From: Phallusia mammillata
Lineage: Eukaryota
Assembly: GCA_965637545.1 (NCBI GenBank)
Contig: OZ281494.1
Location: 11,222,001 to 11,286,000 of the forward strand
Length of the DNA: 64,000 nt
Direction of reading: 5' to 3'
The position numbers were made by a program, and so were the translations under genes. Each line of letters begins with the position of its first letter. The stretch's first letter is position 1. The notes beneath the pieces were generated by a model. That model was not told the origin of the DNA. It was given only the letters and a program-made list of their open reading frames with translations, and ran no database searches. Positions 11,031 to 23,500 of the stretch are shown in pieces.

Positions 11031-14000
11031 ATGACTGAATTCGCTAATTTAGGAGTAGCAGTTCACAAAAGACCAGACGGAAGCACACCATGCGATTTGC
11101 TCGTGGTAAACCTATTGTACAAAAAAATGATGGTTTAATTTGGTGTTATTGGCGGTAACCGGCGCAAAGACTAATTGTTTAAAGCCAATTGCAATATATT
11201 GCGTTGCTTAAAATGTCTTATTGCCTTTTTTAGGTGGAACGTCCTGTTGTTGAACCTGAAGACAATGGTAAAATTTTGAAAACGTTTAATAATTTTATTT
11301 TTTATGGACAAAAATCTAGTCGGGCGTAAGTTAACGTTTGATAAGGTGGGGAAATAACTGTTTTATAATGGTTGTGAAGTTTATTTCGCTTGTTGCATGA
11401 ACACAATGGCAGTAAATCACCAAACCGGAAATAGTTGCGTAATGTTAAAACGTTTTCGAGCTCAAAGCAGTGAAGGGCAATGTTGGTGGTTCGTGACTGA
11501 CTGCTGCAGCTACATCCTTTATAACGCATTTTATGACGGTAGCTTACATTTTAGGAAAAGAGACGGGATTGAATTTGCAAAGTTGGTTAGTTTTCTGCCT
11601 TTTAATTCATTCTTTGACTGAATCTTGTTGGCAGAGGTTTTGCTTCACATCAATTCGGTTGGTATTTGTGGTTCTGACGTGTCGGTGTGGAGAAAAGGCA
11701 GACTGGCTCATCTGGCGCTCGAAGGTCCTTTGGTTCTTGGTCACGAGTCCTCAGGAAAAGTTTTACGTTGCGGCAAAAACGTTAAACATCTCATACCAGG
11801 TATTTTTAGGTTTAAAAACACTGAACTATGTCACTAGAACGATATCAATAAGGGTTACTCCAACTTTTGAGGGTAAAAGTGGTATATATCACAAAAATAT
11901 ATGCTGAATTTAGTGCCCCACAGGGTCATTCAAATGTACACAAATTTAGAGAAGTTCAGGTCACCTTTTTTTCAAAAATCTTGCCCTTTTGTGTGATGTT
12001 TAATCTTAACTGAACGACCTGTTAATAACCGGTTGCCTGTTCTAGGGGACCGAGTTGCTATTGAGCCAGGATACCCGTTACGACAGGACGAGTTTGCCAA
12101 AGTTGGACGATACAACTTGAGTGATCAGTATTTCTGCTCTATACCGATGTCCAATGGATGCCTGCAGCGATACTTCACTTATCCTGCCGACTACTGCTAC
12201 AAGTTAGTTTGATTATACACTTATTTTTGCACTCTTAAATACACTTGGTGAGTGTTTCGCTTGTAATATTAACATTTTTATTATACATCTGTAATGCAAA
12301 ATATGTGTCACGAAATCAAGAGATAACCAAACCGAACTGTCCTGTATCATACCGTGGAATTTAAACTAACAAGGCAGCCTATATCGTAAGGTTAACTATA
12401 TCTTGGTTGATCTTGAGCAAAACAACGTTTTAAAAGTAATTAATCAGTAAGGATTATGACAGCTAGTTTGGTTCATTTTCAAAATATAAACTGTGACCTA
12501 AATATTTGTTTCTGCTAGAAACTATTGAAGAAAGAAAGCAATCGCCCCTCGTCCCAAATGAACACAGTAGGCTACCCTTCGCAGGTTTTTATGTTTTTTG
12601 GAATCGATTTTTTATGGTAGGCTTCCTGACAACGTGAGTTTCGAGGAAGGAGCTTTGGTAGAACCTCTTTCGGTTGCTATTCATGCTTGTAGAAGAGCAG
12701 AAGTCCAACTTGGTCATAATGTGTTGGTGTGTGGGGCTGGACCGATAGGTTTGGTGTCACTGATTGTAGCAAAGGCGATGGGTGCCGCAAAAGTTATAGT
12801 AACAGGTAAGGTAAGTCTAGAAAAAATATTGTGAAATCATCAACTACATTTTTATTATTTGGACTTTATGGAACTATTTTATCACTTTAGCTTATCCCGG
12901 GCGCAAGCGAAATGAAACGGTTCTACAAATTGGGTATGCTTTAGCTTTTACTCAAAAAAACTTACCAGGCGGCATTTCTAATGTGCATCTGATTTTGTGT
13001 GTTCAGATTATTTTGCATTTGGTGGGTGTGTTTCAGATATGCTTGAAAACAGACTGGAAGTTGCGAAATCGCTTGGTGCGGATTTCATCCATAAGGTTTC
13101 GAAGGGCGAATCTCCGATGGAAACTGCTCGTATCGTTGAAAATCTTCTCGGCTGCATGCCAGAACGCACCATTGAATGCACTGGAGCCGAAGCAGCAGTA
13201 CAAACTGGAATTTACGTGGGAAACTGTTGTTTATGTGCATTATTGCTGTCCGTTCACGTTCTTTATCCCCCACCCCCTCCTATATCCCATCAGCATTGAA
13301 TATAATTGTTGATGTAATAAGTCAAGCACTCCAGAGTTGGCCCTAGCTCGAAACCCGGCCCGAACCCGTTTTTTTAAGAACCCCGTAAGGCCAGAAAGTT
13401 TGATTGAAAGGCTTATACATTAACGCCCCAGAAAAGACCAAGACAACAAACACAATAGACAATAATAGACCTTTGGTTATGAACAAAGCGTTTTAGGGCT
13501 GTTTGACATTTAGTCAGGTCCAGCAACTGGCTACTTGGTTAGTTAAATCAATTCAAAATATACTGACACAGAGTGTTAAGTCAGGCCCGAATCAAACCCG
13601 TGTTTTTGATAAAACCTAAGCCCGACCCCGGCCCGAACTTGATGATTTATGAAACCTAAGCCCGACCCGACATACAACTCTGAAGCACTATTTAAAAAGC
13701 AAGCTTGATTTAATAATTTGACAATTCTGCAGGCTACCAGGTCAGGGGGTTGCCTTATGTTGATTGGAATTGGTCCTTCAGAGTCCATCAATGTTCCAAT
13801 TGTAAACGCTGCCGTACGTGAAGTGGACATAAAAGGCTGCATCAAATACTGCAACACGTAAGAGCAAGTTAAGATCATTTTGGAAATAAGAAACAAACCG
13901 CTAGATGTCACTGTTAGTTAAAAAAACATTTTTTATTTCACTTTTGCATTGGGATTGGGTGAAATTTAGCCAGATAAGTATTTGACCTAATGGTCCAACG

Positions 14001-14312
14001 TACGTGTTATATATTGAAATCTGTTTTAAAAATCCGCTGGCAATGTACTGTAAAATCGCTTGTTAGACATAATAAGGTGAATGTGCTCGTCTTTGTGCTC
14101 AAGGAATCGTCTTTATTGTTAACTCCTGTCTTTGAATTTGGCAAAGGTGGCCGACCGCTATTCAAATGATATCGTCCGGCCAAGTAAACGTGAAACCGCT
14201 CGTAACGCACCGTTTTCCACTCGAAGACGCGATCGAAGCTTTTAATGCCAACCTTACCGGAAAAGGAATCAAGATAATGATTAAATGCGACCCAACTGAT
14301 CGAGGAATATAG
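11031..14312 (+). CDS. Sorbitol dehydrogenase-like paralog (MDR polyol dehydrogenase with altered pocket), 361 aa
   Basis: 8 exons: 11031-11105, 11234-11267, 11635-11799, 12046-12202, 12621-12805, 13037-13215, 13733-13857, 14147-14312. Intron positions and phases match copy 1. GICGSD, GHE, EPLSV and GAGPIG are intact and the ORF is open. Confidence 0.94.
13332..13682. mobile_element. hAT-type MITE
   Basis: Ends CAGAGTTG / CAACTCTG, 8-bp TSD AAGCACTC / AAGCACTA (one mismatch), repeated subterminal CCCGA(A/C)CC motifs. Confidence 0.75.
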
Positions 14313-17300
14313 AAAACTAGAGTTATGCAAAAAACAGAAGAGGCCTCTAACACCAAATTCAGCTTTCAAGCATGCGACATGCACTAACACTTCCCTGCGC
14401 ATATGCTCTTAATTAACAAAGAGAACTAGAATCGCATTGATCTTGTTATCACGCTTTGTGTGTATTTACCGCTTTAACCAAACCGCTTTGCTGACATTTG
14501 TATAGTTTTGAACATGCATTTAACACTTTGGAGAAAATAAAAGCGTAGGACGTTTGGTCTCGAGTGGGCGACATCACATGCTCCCCTGTTTACAAGAAAA
14601 CAAATCGTTGGCCGAATGGCTGACCCATACACAGACATGACCCATATATAGACAAAAACAACCTGTTCAGGATTCGTCCCCGGGAGGGTTCGAACCCCGT
14701 GACAAACAAATCTTTCTCTGTAAGTTATAGCATAGCAAAAACACTCTATAAAGCGGAAAATTCTTTTATATTTCGAAGTACAGCAATTCGATTTTACCAC
14801 TCTTAACGAGCAGCAAGGCCGTTTTAAAAAAGTTTTTGTGTAAACGACGTTGCTCGTAAAAGATCGTAAACCCAAGTAGAAAGGTACACAAGGCCGGCAT
14901 CAGCGTGTTGTAACACGTCCAGGGGCTTAGTCAAAGAAATATATGTCCCGGTGCCCAATATCAATACTTGGGCATTGTACTCAACTCCTGTATATTTACC
15001 TTTGACAACAGAAATTGTGGTTGCTTTAATTCGTGGCAATCGCTCAACGTAGTATTGCTACTCAAGGGCGCGGAGTTGTGACCATTTGTGGATACTCAAG
15101 GGCACTTAAGCATCGGTCGACGAGGGATAGTTTAAATGCCACAAACGAAAGTTTCCCCTGTTTTTTTACTCTCCAGTTTCGCGGTTGTTACTAGCAATCA
15201 GATAAACGTTTTGCGGTATCTTAGCTTTAACGTATTATCCGTGTCAGGAGAGCCATTGTGAATTGCGAAGGTTTTTTTGAACATTGATCAGCAGGCTAAT
15301 TTGAGATTGATGTTGAAGTGTGTAAGTTGTGTGTGTTGTGCATTGTAGACAAGTATAGTAAAACATTCGATTGATACACACGAGGGAAATGCGCATTTGG
15401 TAGTTTCTATAAAATTTACCAAAACGATAGAAGGTTGTTCATTTTGGTAACACTCACAATTTTGTAAATACGGGATTATTCAAATGTCACTAATTAATTA
15501 TTTGTACCTTAACCAGTCAAAACGTTTGTCAAGAAATGATTTATTATATGCAGCATAAGTACTTAAATGATTTCTTCCCGAAAACAATTAAGTGCGCCAC
15601 ATTGAAATACTTACGTTTTGCTCGGGACGGTTACTCAGCACAGGTATATGTCCGCTGCTGTTTTCGGAAACTGTAGTTTCAAATACGGTCAATGACTCTG
15701 AGAAATGCCGGAGAAGCGAAGCGGAAAACATGCGAAAACTCGCACCAAAGGCTCTTTCTCACGTACTATGTTCACTGCACTAAGCGGAAGCCTGTGTAAA
15801 TAATCCTTTGTTGAGGTTGACGTAAAGCTTGAGTTGGCCGACCGCATCTTCAAGCTTGTTTTCGTAGGTTTTTCTCAAACCACATTTATTGCCTTATTAA
15901 TATGCTGTAAAACTTGAGATATCTTTTAAGTTGTACAAGGTGTCCTAAAAGTTTCTATTGTGAAATGAAGACTTAATGGCAAATAAAACGGCCAAAATGG
16001 ACGTAAAAAGCGACATGATATAAAATTCAAACGTTTTGGCAAATGCTCATGCCATCATCAGTGATATGTGAAAATACAATGGTGCACATGTGCAGTGAAC
16101 AAATTCGAAATGATATGTGGCTGATTTGGTTCAACAATAACTTCCACATTTGAGCCACAATTATTCGGAATTCGATAAAACGTAATCTTGTATTGTATAA
16201 AAGTCGACACAATAAAACTTTGTGCACTTGCTTAGACCTGTGTAATGAACAACAAAGTCAACCTCTTAACGGTAAAGTTATACAAAAAATAAACGTTGCA
16301 AACAAATGCGTTTGGAATTTATTATCACAATCAGCAGACGTTGCTTTAGTGACGTCAGACTTGTGACGGTTACACACGTGATTACAGATAACAGCTGTCA
16401 GAAGTTTACCGCAATTGGAATTTTCGCAGTTGTTTGTCCTAGCCAAAGCTTGCGACAGTTACGTATGCGTTTTGAGCATAAAGGCGCGACGCTTTAGATA
16501 GCCCCAGGCCCACGCCGCATAACTCTATCGCTATCAAGCGTTTTCTCAAACTTTTATTGCCAGTGTCGGCGATGGGCTGATGCTGCGAAGTTTGCAGTTA
16601 CAGAAGGGATTTGGTTTGGCAGGTATACGACTGCTATTTGTTCTGGTTCACATGTGAGTTTTAAGTGGGTTTGGGAACATATTTTTGTTAGGGTTGATGC
16701 AATCCACTGCCATAGGTATTTGTTTCAATCGCAATTTATTGTTTGTCGCTTTTGCAGCCACATAGGTGGTTATCGTAACAGATTAGACTGTGTTCGAAGT
16801 GAAAAGTATGATAGTGACTCGTTGCCCACAAAGTCCTCTAAATAGTGTGGCTTGTATAAGCTATTGATCAATACGACGTAAGTAAGACCGCCCATAACAA
16901 AGGAATCAATTTCCTTCGGCGCACGATAGTGTTTACACAAGCTGCGTGCAAGTTGGGCAGGAACATTCATACAGTTGCGCTTTAGCTCGGCAAACCCATT
17001 TTCACAGGCAATTGTTTGTTGTTTAACCGAGGTACGTCGTTAGGTATTTTAACAGGATTAATAAGTTACGCAGGTCGGGGTTTTAAATTTCACAGTTACC
17101 GATCATTGTGCTTTGTTACCAGAAAAAAAAAGTTAAGTTTGTAAGCAGTTTTATCATTTTAACTTGTACATTGAGCTAATTCAAATTAGTATTACGTTTA
17201 AATTAAGGAAAATATTGACGGTTTTATATATGCAACATATAGTACATTTATGCAGTGAGAAACAAAGTGTTCTTGTGAAGTTCTCTTTTAAAATTAACGA

Positions 17301-17579
17301 ATTGTCAAAAACACATTGTTAACGGAACTTTCAATGCTAGTAAAGTTTTGGCGAAGCTTAAAGCAACACCCAAGCATGCCCGGTTGTTTATTTATTTATT
17401 GTTAGATGTGACTTCTTTGAGGCTATGTTGACAGACCAGAGTTGTATTTTGGATTTCTGAGCGGTTGTGCACGTCAAGTATTCATTTTAGTTTCACATTC
17501 TTTTCAGAAACCGGTTACCAGAAACAGGCACGTAAAATTTGTAAACATCAAGGTCATCGATCTCAATTCTCTTACAAGC

Positions 17580-20500
17580 ATGGCGTCTGCAGCCATGGTC
17601 CCGCCCACAGCGTACTACAGGATCAACCTAGGTTCAAGCTGTGTCACAGTTGATGATAACAACAGCTCTCACAATAGTATCAGAGATGACCTCAGCAGCA
17701 AAGGAGAAGACATCGCCTCTGAAATTCGGGCAAAGTCGCCAGGACACCGATCCTGGTTTGATGACGCAACAGCCAACTCGCTAGAGCGACACAGCAATAG
17801 CAAAAGACGTATGGGACGTTCCAGCCCTCGTTCAGTGTCAAGTGGGCCGCATACGTTACCCAGAAGCGCTAAGCTATCTAATCACAGTCTCGATGGTTCG
17901 GTTTGCGATAAGCCATGGTCTGGGTATTCCACGCCTAATGCGGAAAGCACAATCTCTTCATGTGATAACATTAACTTAGCGCTTAACAACTCCTTGCGCC
18001 AGGAGCCGAGGTATGAGAAGCACAACGGGATTGATCGCTCCATGTCGCCTTATGGCAACCGCACAGGATCAGTGGATTCTCCGAGGAGAACTTCTCCTGT
18101 GCAAAGACACACGACTGACGGTGGTCACGAGTTGAGGAATCGCTCATACTCTCCTTCTCTCCTCGCCGCGGTCAAAGAGAACGATGCGTCAGGTATCAGT
18201 TATGTTCTTCGTAAAGCTGGGTTTTGCGATGGTTAGGTAACGTTACAAATAAACTTCCGACGTAACCAGATATCAGAAATTTGACAAAAACTGTAAAACG
18301 TTATATTAAATTCACTCAAGACATTAAGAGTCAAATGGGAATTGTTTCATGGGGTTTGTTTAGACAACAACTTTTAGCTTCGTGTAATTGGTTCCTCTAG
18401 CAATCATGTACAAATGTATCCCTGTTTAACAGAATTCATGTTGTGCTAATCTTTATATTATCAAGCAGTAATAACCAGCGATATTTGTAGGGTCGACTTT
18501 GGAGAACATCGAAGTACATCCAGACAAGTGTCCCGTCGTTGAAGACGAAAACGACGTGAAATTGACACGAGATTTATTAAATGCGATGCGAGAGGTAAAA
18601 CATAATGTAATTTCCTTAGTGTTGGCAGAATATTGTAGCGTGCCATACAGTCTGAATTATTTAATAAGTTTGCCCGTACAAACCATGTAACAGCACGCTG
18701 AATTTTTTCTATCTTATATGTGTTAAAATGAAGTCATTCGGCTTTTTGCTTTTCAACCCATATTCGACACTGTTTGAAGGCGTTTCTTCTTAAAATGGAC
18801 AAGGTTTCGCCCTGTAGTGTTTTGTCAAAACAAACCTTTCGCACCTGGAAATATGATCGTTGTAAACATGTACATGGTCACGTACTCACCCACTTAAGTT
18901 GTGATCGTATCGAAACATAACTGGAAATTCTATCCTATCACAATAGTACCCAAGGGAAATGTCCACCAAAAAGTTTCAGCTAATGTAAAAATTACAATTG
19001 TTTGTATGAACGGAATGGTTTCTTGCTTTAAATCGTTGCGTAAGACCAGCAAGTCTAAGTTTCGTACATTCAATCATGTAAAAATGTTAGAGATATAAAA
19101 CACATTTGTAGAACAATCTTGAATTTCTTTACACGAGTTTAAAGCAGGTTAAAAGTGTAATTTCCAATTAGTGGAATAAACCAACTTTATTTTTCAGTTA
19201 CTTGTGTCATAAACCCCCAAAACGTTTTTCTGCATTACCCTAACAGCTATAAATATCAACAATACGCCTACACAAAATATAATGAACAAGGTGGAGTAAA
19301 TCCGAGAAACCGTGATACACTTATTTCCTCATATCACAGCAATCCGCACTGCCTCTTACACATATTTCTCACATACCGAGCTTATTCTACGCCCCGGGCT
19401 AGGCTTTCGCCTTAGCAATGTGAGGCGCACCTCTTCCGTAAGCCTAAGCCTTTTCGGTGATATACGCCTCACACAATTAAGAGGATTAACAGTAGTAGTA
19501 CAACATCCTGAACTTTGCGTATTGGTTATACAATGACGTTAGGGTACCTTATAAATGGATCTAATACATCTCGGAAACCAAAAAGGATTTCTGTAAAATT
19601 AAGGTGTAAGTGTAAGTAATGTAAATTTAAAAAAGTCACGTTCTACGTTTCGAATATTTACTTGTAATAATCCTGGAATTTTCGTAGATTTGTTATAGTC
19701 TTGTGATGCTACGTAATTTTGACACCCGTCCGCGTCTCGTGATATTTTCTTCTGAATGCATCTGCAGCATGAAGATAAAGGGCCGAAATTGCGAATTACA
19801 TAATAATCTAAAACGACGATTATCCCGATGTATAGGTGATATTCTGTAACGTTACATTAACGGAAAGCGTTGAACACATGAGATCTAAGAGTCAGTTTGG
19901 GCCGATATGGGGTGAACACCTGTAACGTGTTTGTAGAAAATTCAAACATTTTTCACGATCAGCGGTAACTTTTTGCCCTCAATGGTATGAGTGTTATGAA
20001 AAAGAACAATAATCGAGTAGTTACGTTACAAACAATCGCCACCAGGGGCCTGATATATGTAAGCGGTCCGAAGTCATATATTTTAACCCAGGCCCCAGGC
20101 CAAGACCCCTGGCGTTTTGCCTTCTTATTTACTTTTTGTTCTACACTCTTTGCGGCTAAATACCCAATAATCGTTTGTTAGGCCTGGTATATAAGTATTC
20201 AACGGGTTTCAGTATTGAACGTGTAGTTACCAAAGCTGCTGCAATCCATCAAGTAAACCACTCTCAAACACACACAGACACTACAAAACTTTCACCAATA
20301 TGTTGATTACTGTCATAAATCTTGATGCAGCTAAAAGACATCGCCGAAGTGTCGCGGGTGATTGATGAGGTTGATGACGAGGAATGGCTGCTTATGTTTA
20401 TTGGAGAACTCGATTCTCACTTACGCGACCTTGTACGGATGGACATTGCGAGACAAAATGTAAATTGTTTTGTTTTTGTATGTTAAGAATAGGGTAAAGT

Positions 20501-23500
20501 AACTTTTTTTATTATCGATTTTTGTGCAAAGTTGATGAGAGTTTATTTAAATGCATTAACTTTTTAAGTGTTGTAATACATGATTTTTCAGAATATAGGT
20601 TTTAGGACGACAACCGTTATGTCTGAAATCTATTAAAGTTTTATCTAAAGAAACACAATTGAATTCGCAAATATTTAGATCGCTTGTCAGTAACACATAT
20701 CTATAACAAGTCTTAGTTTATATGGGGTAAATAATCGAAGATATCTTGATCTATTATAAGATTTTGGGCTTGGATGTATATTGTATCTAAATTGATAACG
20801 TATCTAATCAGATTAGCGTCCTAAGTAGTGTTAAATCTTTCAGTAAGACTTTTCACAACTTAACTATACAGGGGCAAATATTCATACATTGTTTTAAGGA
20901 CTAACTTTTATGTGGTAATTTGGGATTAACAATATCAATACGGAGTTAATTTGCAGCTGGTTTACTTCAATGATCTAGTATTACTTCCGGTAAAATTAAA
21001 CAAAATCCTTCCGGTAATCCTTTAAAAAAGACTTTTTTGATCTTGTGCTGACGCCAGTTGTTAATAAAAATCGTTTGTCCAGTTTCTCTTATTTCTTTAA
21101 TTTGGTCTTATTTTGTTTGTTTAGCGACATGAACAATGCGAGGAGTGCGACCCTCAAGAAGAGCTGGTAAGTTTTCCACTGACCCTCGCAGACCTATGCA
21201 TTGCAATCGTTGTAATAATTTACAATATTCTGACAGGAACTGCAGCGAATTGAGCGAAATGAGAAAGCCACTATGCTCTCAGTTGCACTTGATCTCATTC
21301 GATATCTCAAAGATCGATCGACTTACGCTCTGCATCGGCGATCGTCGCGTAATCCGGACAAGGAGGGGGATAATGGTAATAACTCTCTTAAGAAAGTATT
21401 TTATGAAACTAAGGCTCGAATATTTTTTCTGTAACCTTATACTTTTTATTATTAAGATAGTGACTAGATTTCTTCGAATATATTTTTACAAATTGTACTC
21501 CATTAAACCAAAAAGTTATTTTCAAACAGAAATTTTTTTTAAACATTGTCAAAATTTTAAACATTGGCGGATTGGGCTGAAATTTTGCAGTACTATTGAT
21601 TGAGTCATTGTGGTTTTTATATATTTTTTAGTTTGTGTGTCGAACCCAATTAGTTGCCCTACTAGCCCCCTAAAATGGGCCAGATTTTTAAAACGTTAAA
21701 TAGGACATACTTCAAACAATATCTGGGGTGAATCTAATTTTATAGTTTGTATTCTACATAGTATTATTATTTAAGCCCAGTGCCGATCATTATGTTTTAC
21801 CTTACAACACCCGACTTTCTCATGGTTATCTCTTGAATTGCATTATTTTCAACTTTGCATGTGTGGGGACCCATGAGTTTTTGCCTGCAGAAACGACTAA
21901 AGTTATAAAAGACGATGGCTAATATGGGACCCAATACAAAATAAGCATAGGAAATATATTATGTTTTAAAATAGGTTATAGTGTATATGCAAGGGCAATA
22001 TGTGCTAAGCCACCCTTCTAGTTTTTTGTGTTTTGCAAACATTTTTCCTGCCAGAGCAATGGACATCTTTACAGCGAAAATTGTTAACAGCGCAAAATGT
22101 ACAAGACACAAACTATTAAAATATTTAAATTTTATTCTTGACCGTCATATTTAGTTACTTTGGTATAGGCAACTATATCTTAGAATCTAAGATTAAAAGA
22201 GATCTTACTGAGTCACTGTGAGTTGATCACGGTTGTTAATCGTATTTTTTGTTTCAGGCGAGGGGTCATATGGGACACTGGGTCGACTTAAAGTGCTTGC
22301 AGCTGAAAAACCCAGTGATCCTGCTTGTATGAACAAGGTATATAGAATTATTTCAAAATGTAACTGTCATGTTTTACCAACACAGCCTCTTGTTAACAGT
22401 GGCAGAGAAGATTGTCAAATCTGGCTGGAACCTTAGACAAGTATCTACAGCGTTTAGAATCGGTAACAGTCTTCCAAATCAACATCGAAAGCCACGCCCC
22501 CCCAAAAACAAATGAAAATGTTCCTACTGATAATCATTTTTATGGCACTGACTCACCAGATAGTGGCAAGAAGCAAGATCCGTTCAAATCTACTGCCGAA
22601 CAAAACGGCTTGAAAGCCAATCAGCCAAAAGCAAAAACACGCAAGCTCGGAAAGGTCACCACTTCCACCCCAAAATCGAGGCATGATTCCCGGCCGATCA
22701 CACCAAATCACGTCGAGCAAATGAGAGCGATGTTCGATGGCGGAAGTCCTGTTGAAAACAAGCCGAAAGCTCTGTCTAGAAAGAAGTCATCCAGCGGAGA
22801 CAGTGGATACGAAGAAAAGCTTCTCAGTCACCGCACTACGTCAAGTGGGTCCGAGAATGATATGTTTGAGGCGAAGAAGTGCGTCTACGCTCCAATACAA
22901 GTAAAGAGCAACAAAAGGATTGCAACTAATTTGACTGGAGATCGTGAAAAGCCAAACCGCACAAAACCGTCTACAGAGAAACTTACAAACCAAGAGCGCA
23001 ATGTACACCCACGACAAACAACGGCTAATGAAAAGCCCAAGGCAAAAGGCAGAAAATCGGATCCTATATTTCAGGACACAGGCAAGACCGACCAGAAAAA
23101 CAAGGTGGAAGAAAGAGGAAGGAAAGCTACACGCAGCGAGGACCAGGATGCGGGAGTCCACCATATGTCTGGCTACTGTCGTTTGCCAACACGAAACCGG
23201 CACAACAGGGGTGGAAGCCTGGACCGACAGACTTGGAAGAATGAATGGAAAGGCAACTGGAGCGGAAAAGCCAGGGACGATTCGACCTTGGTCTCAAAAG
23301 ACTTGACCTTGAACGATGGAACTCGTCACGTGTCAGGGTACTGCCGTTTGCCTGACTACAGTCGGAGTTTAAGCGGCCCCGAAACCACTGCAAACACCCG
23401 AAAAGTGGAAAAGGACGGACGACAGATTTCAGAGTTTCGTATGACAATTGGAATTGATCAACCTACGTCCGCCCATAAGGACCCGTCTCCCATAGAGAGG

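Noticed and set aside
14670-14705. tRNA B-box-like GGGTTCGAACCC
   Set aside because: No A-box at the right distance and no cloverleaf on either strand; not called a tRNA.
17442-17579. Upstream TTG start of the 264-aa ORF
   Set aside because: Runs through intron-like T-rich sequence and an acceptor at ~17507; ATG 17580 is the more plausible start.
22841-23447. Several 100-120 aa ORFs overlapping the large exon
   Set aside because: Antisense or alternate-frame shadows of the 1320-bp coding exon.
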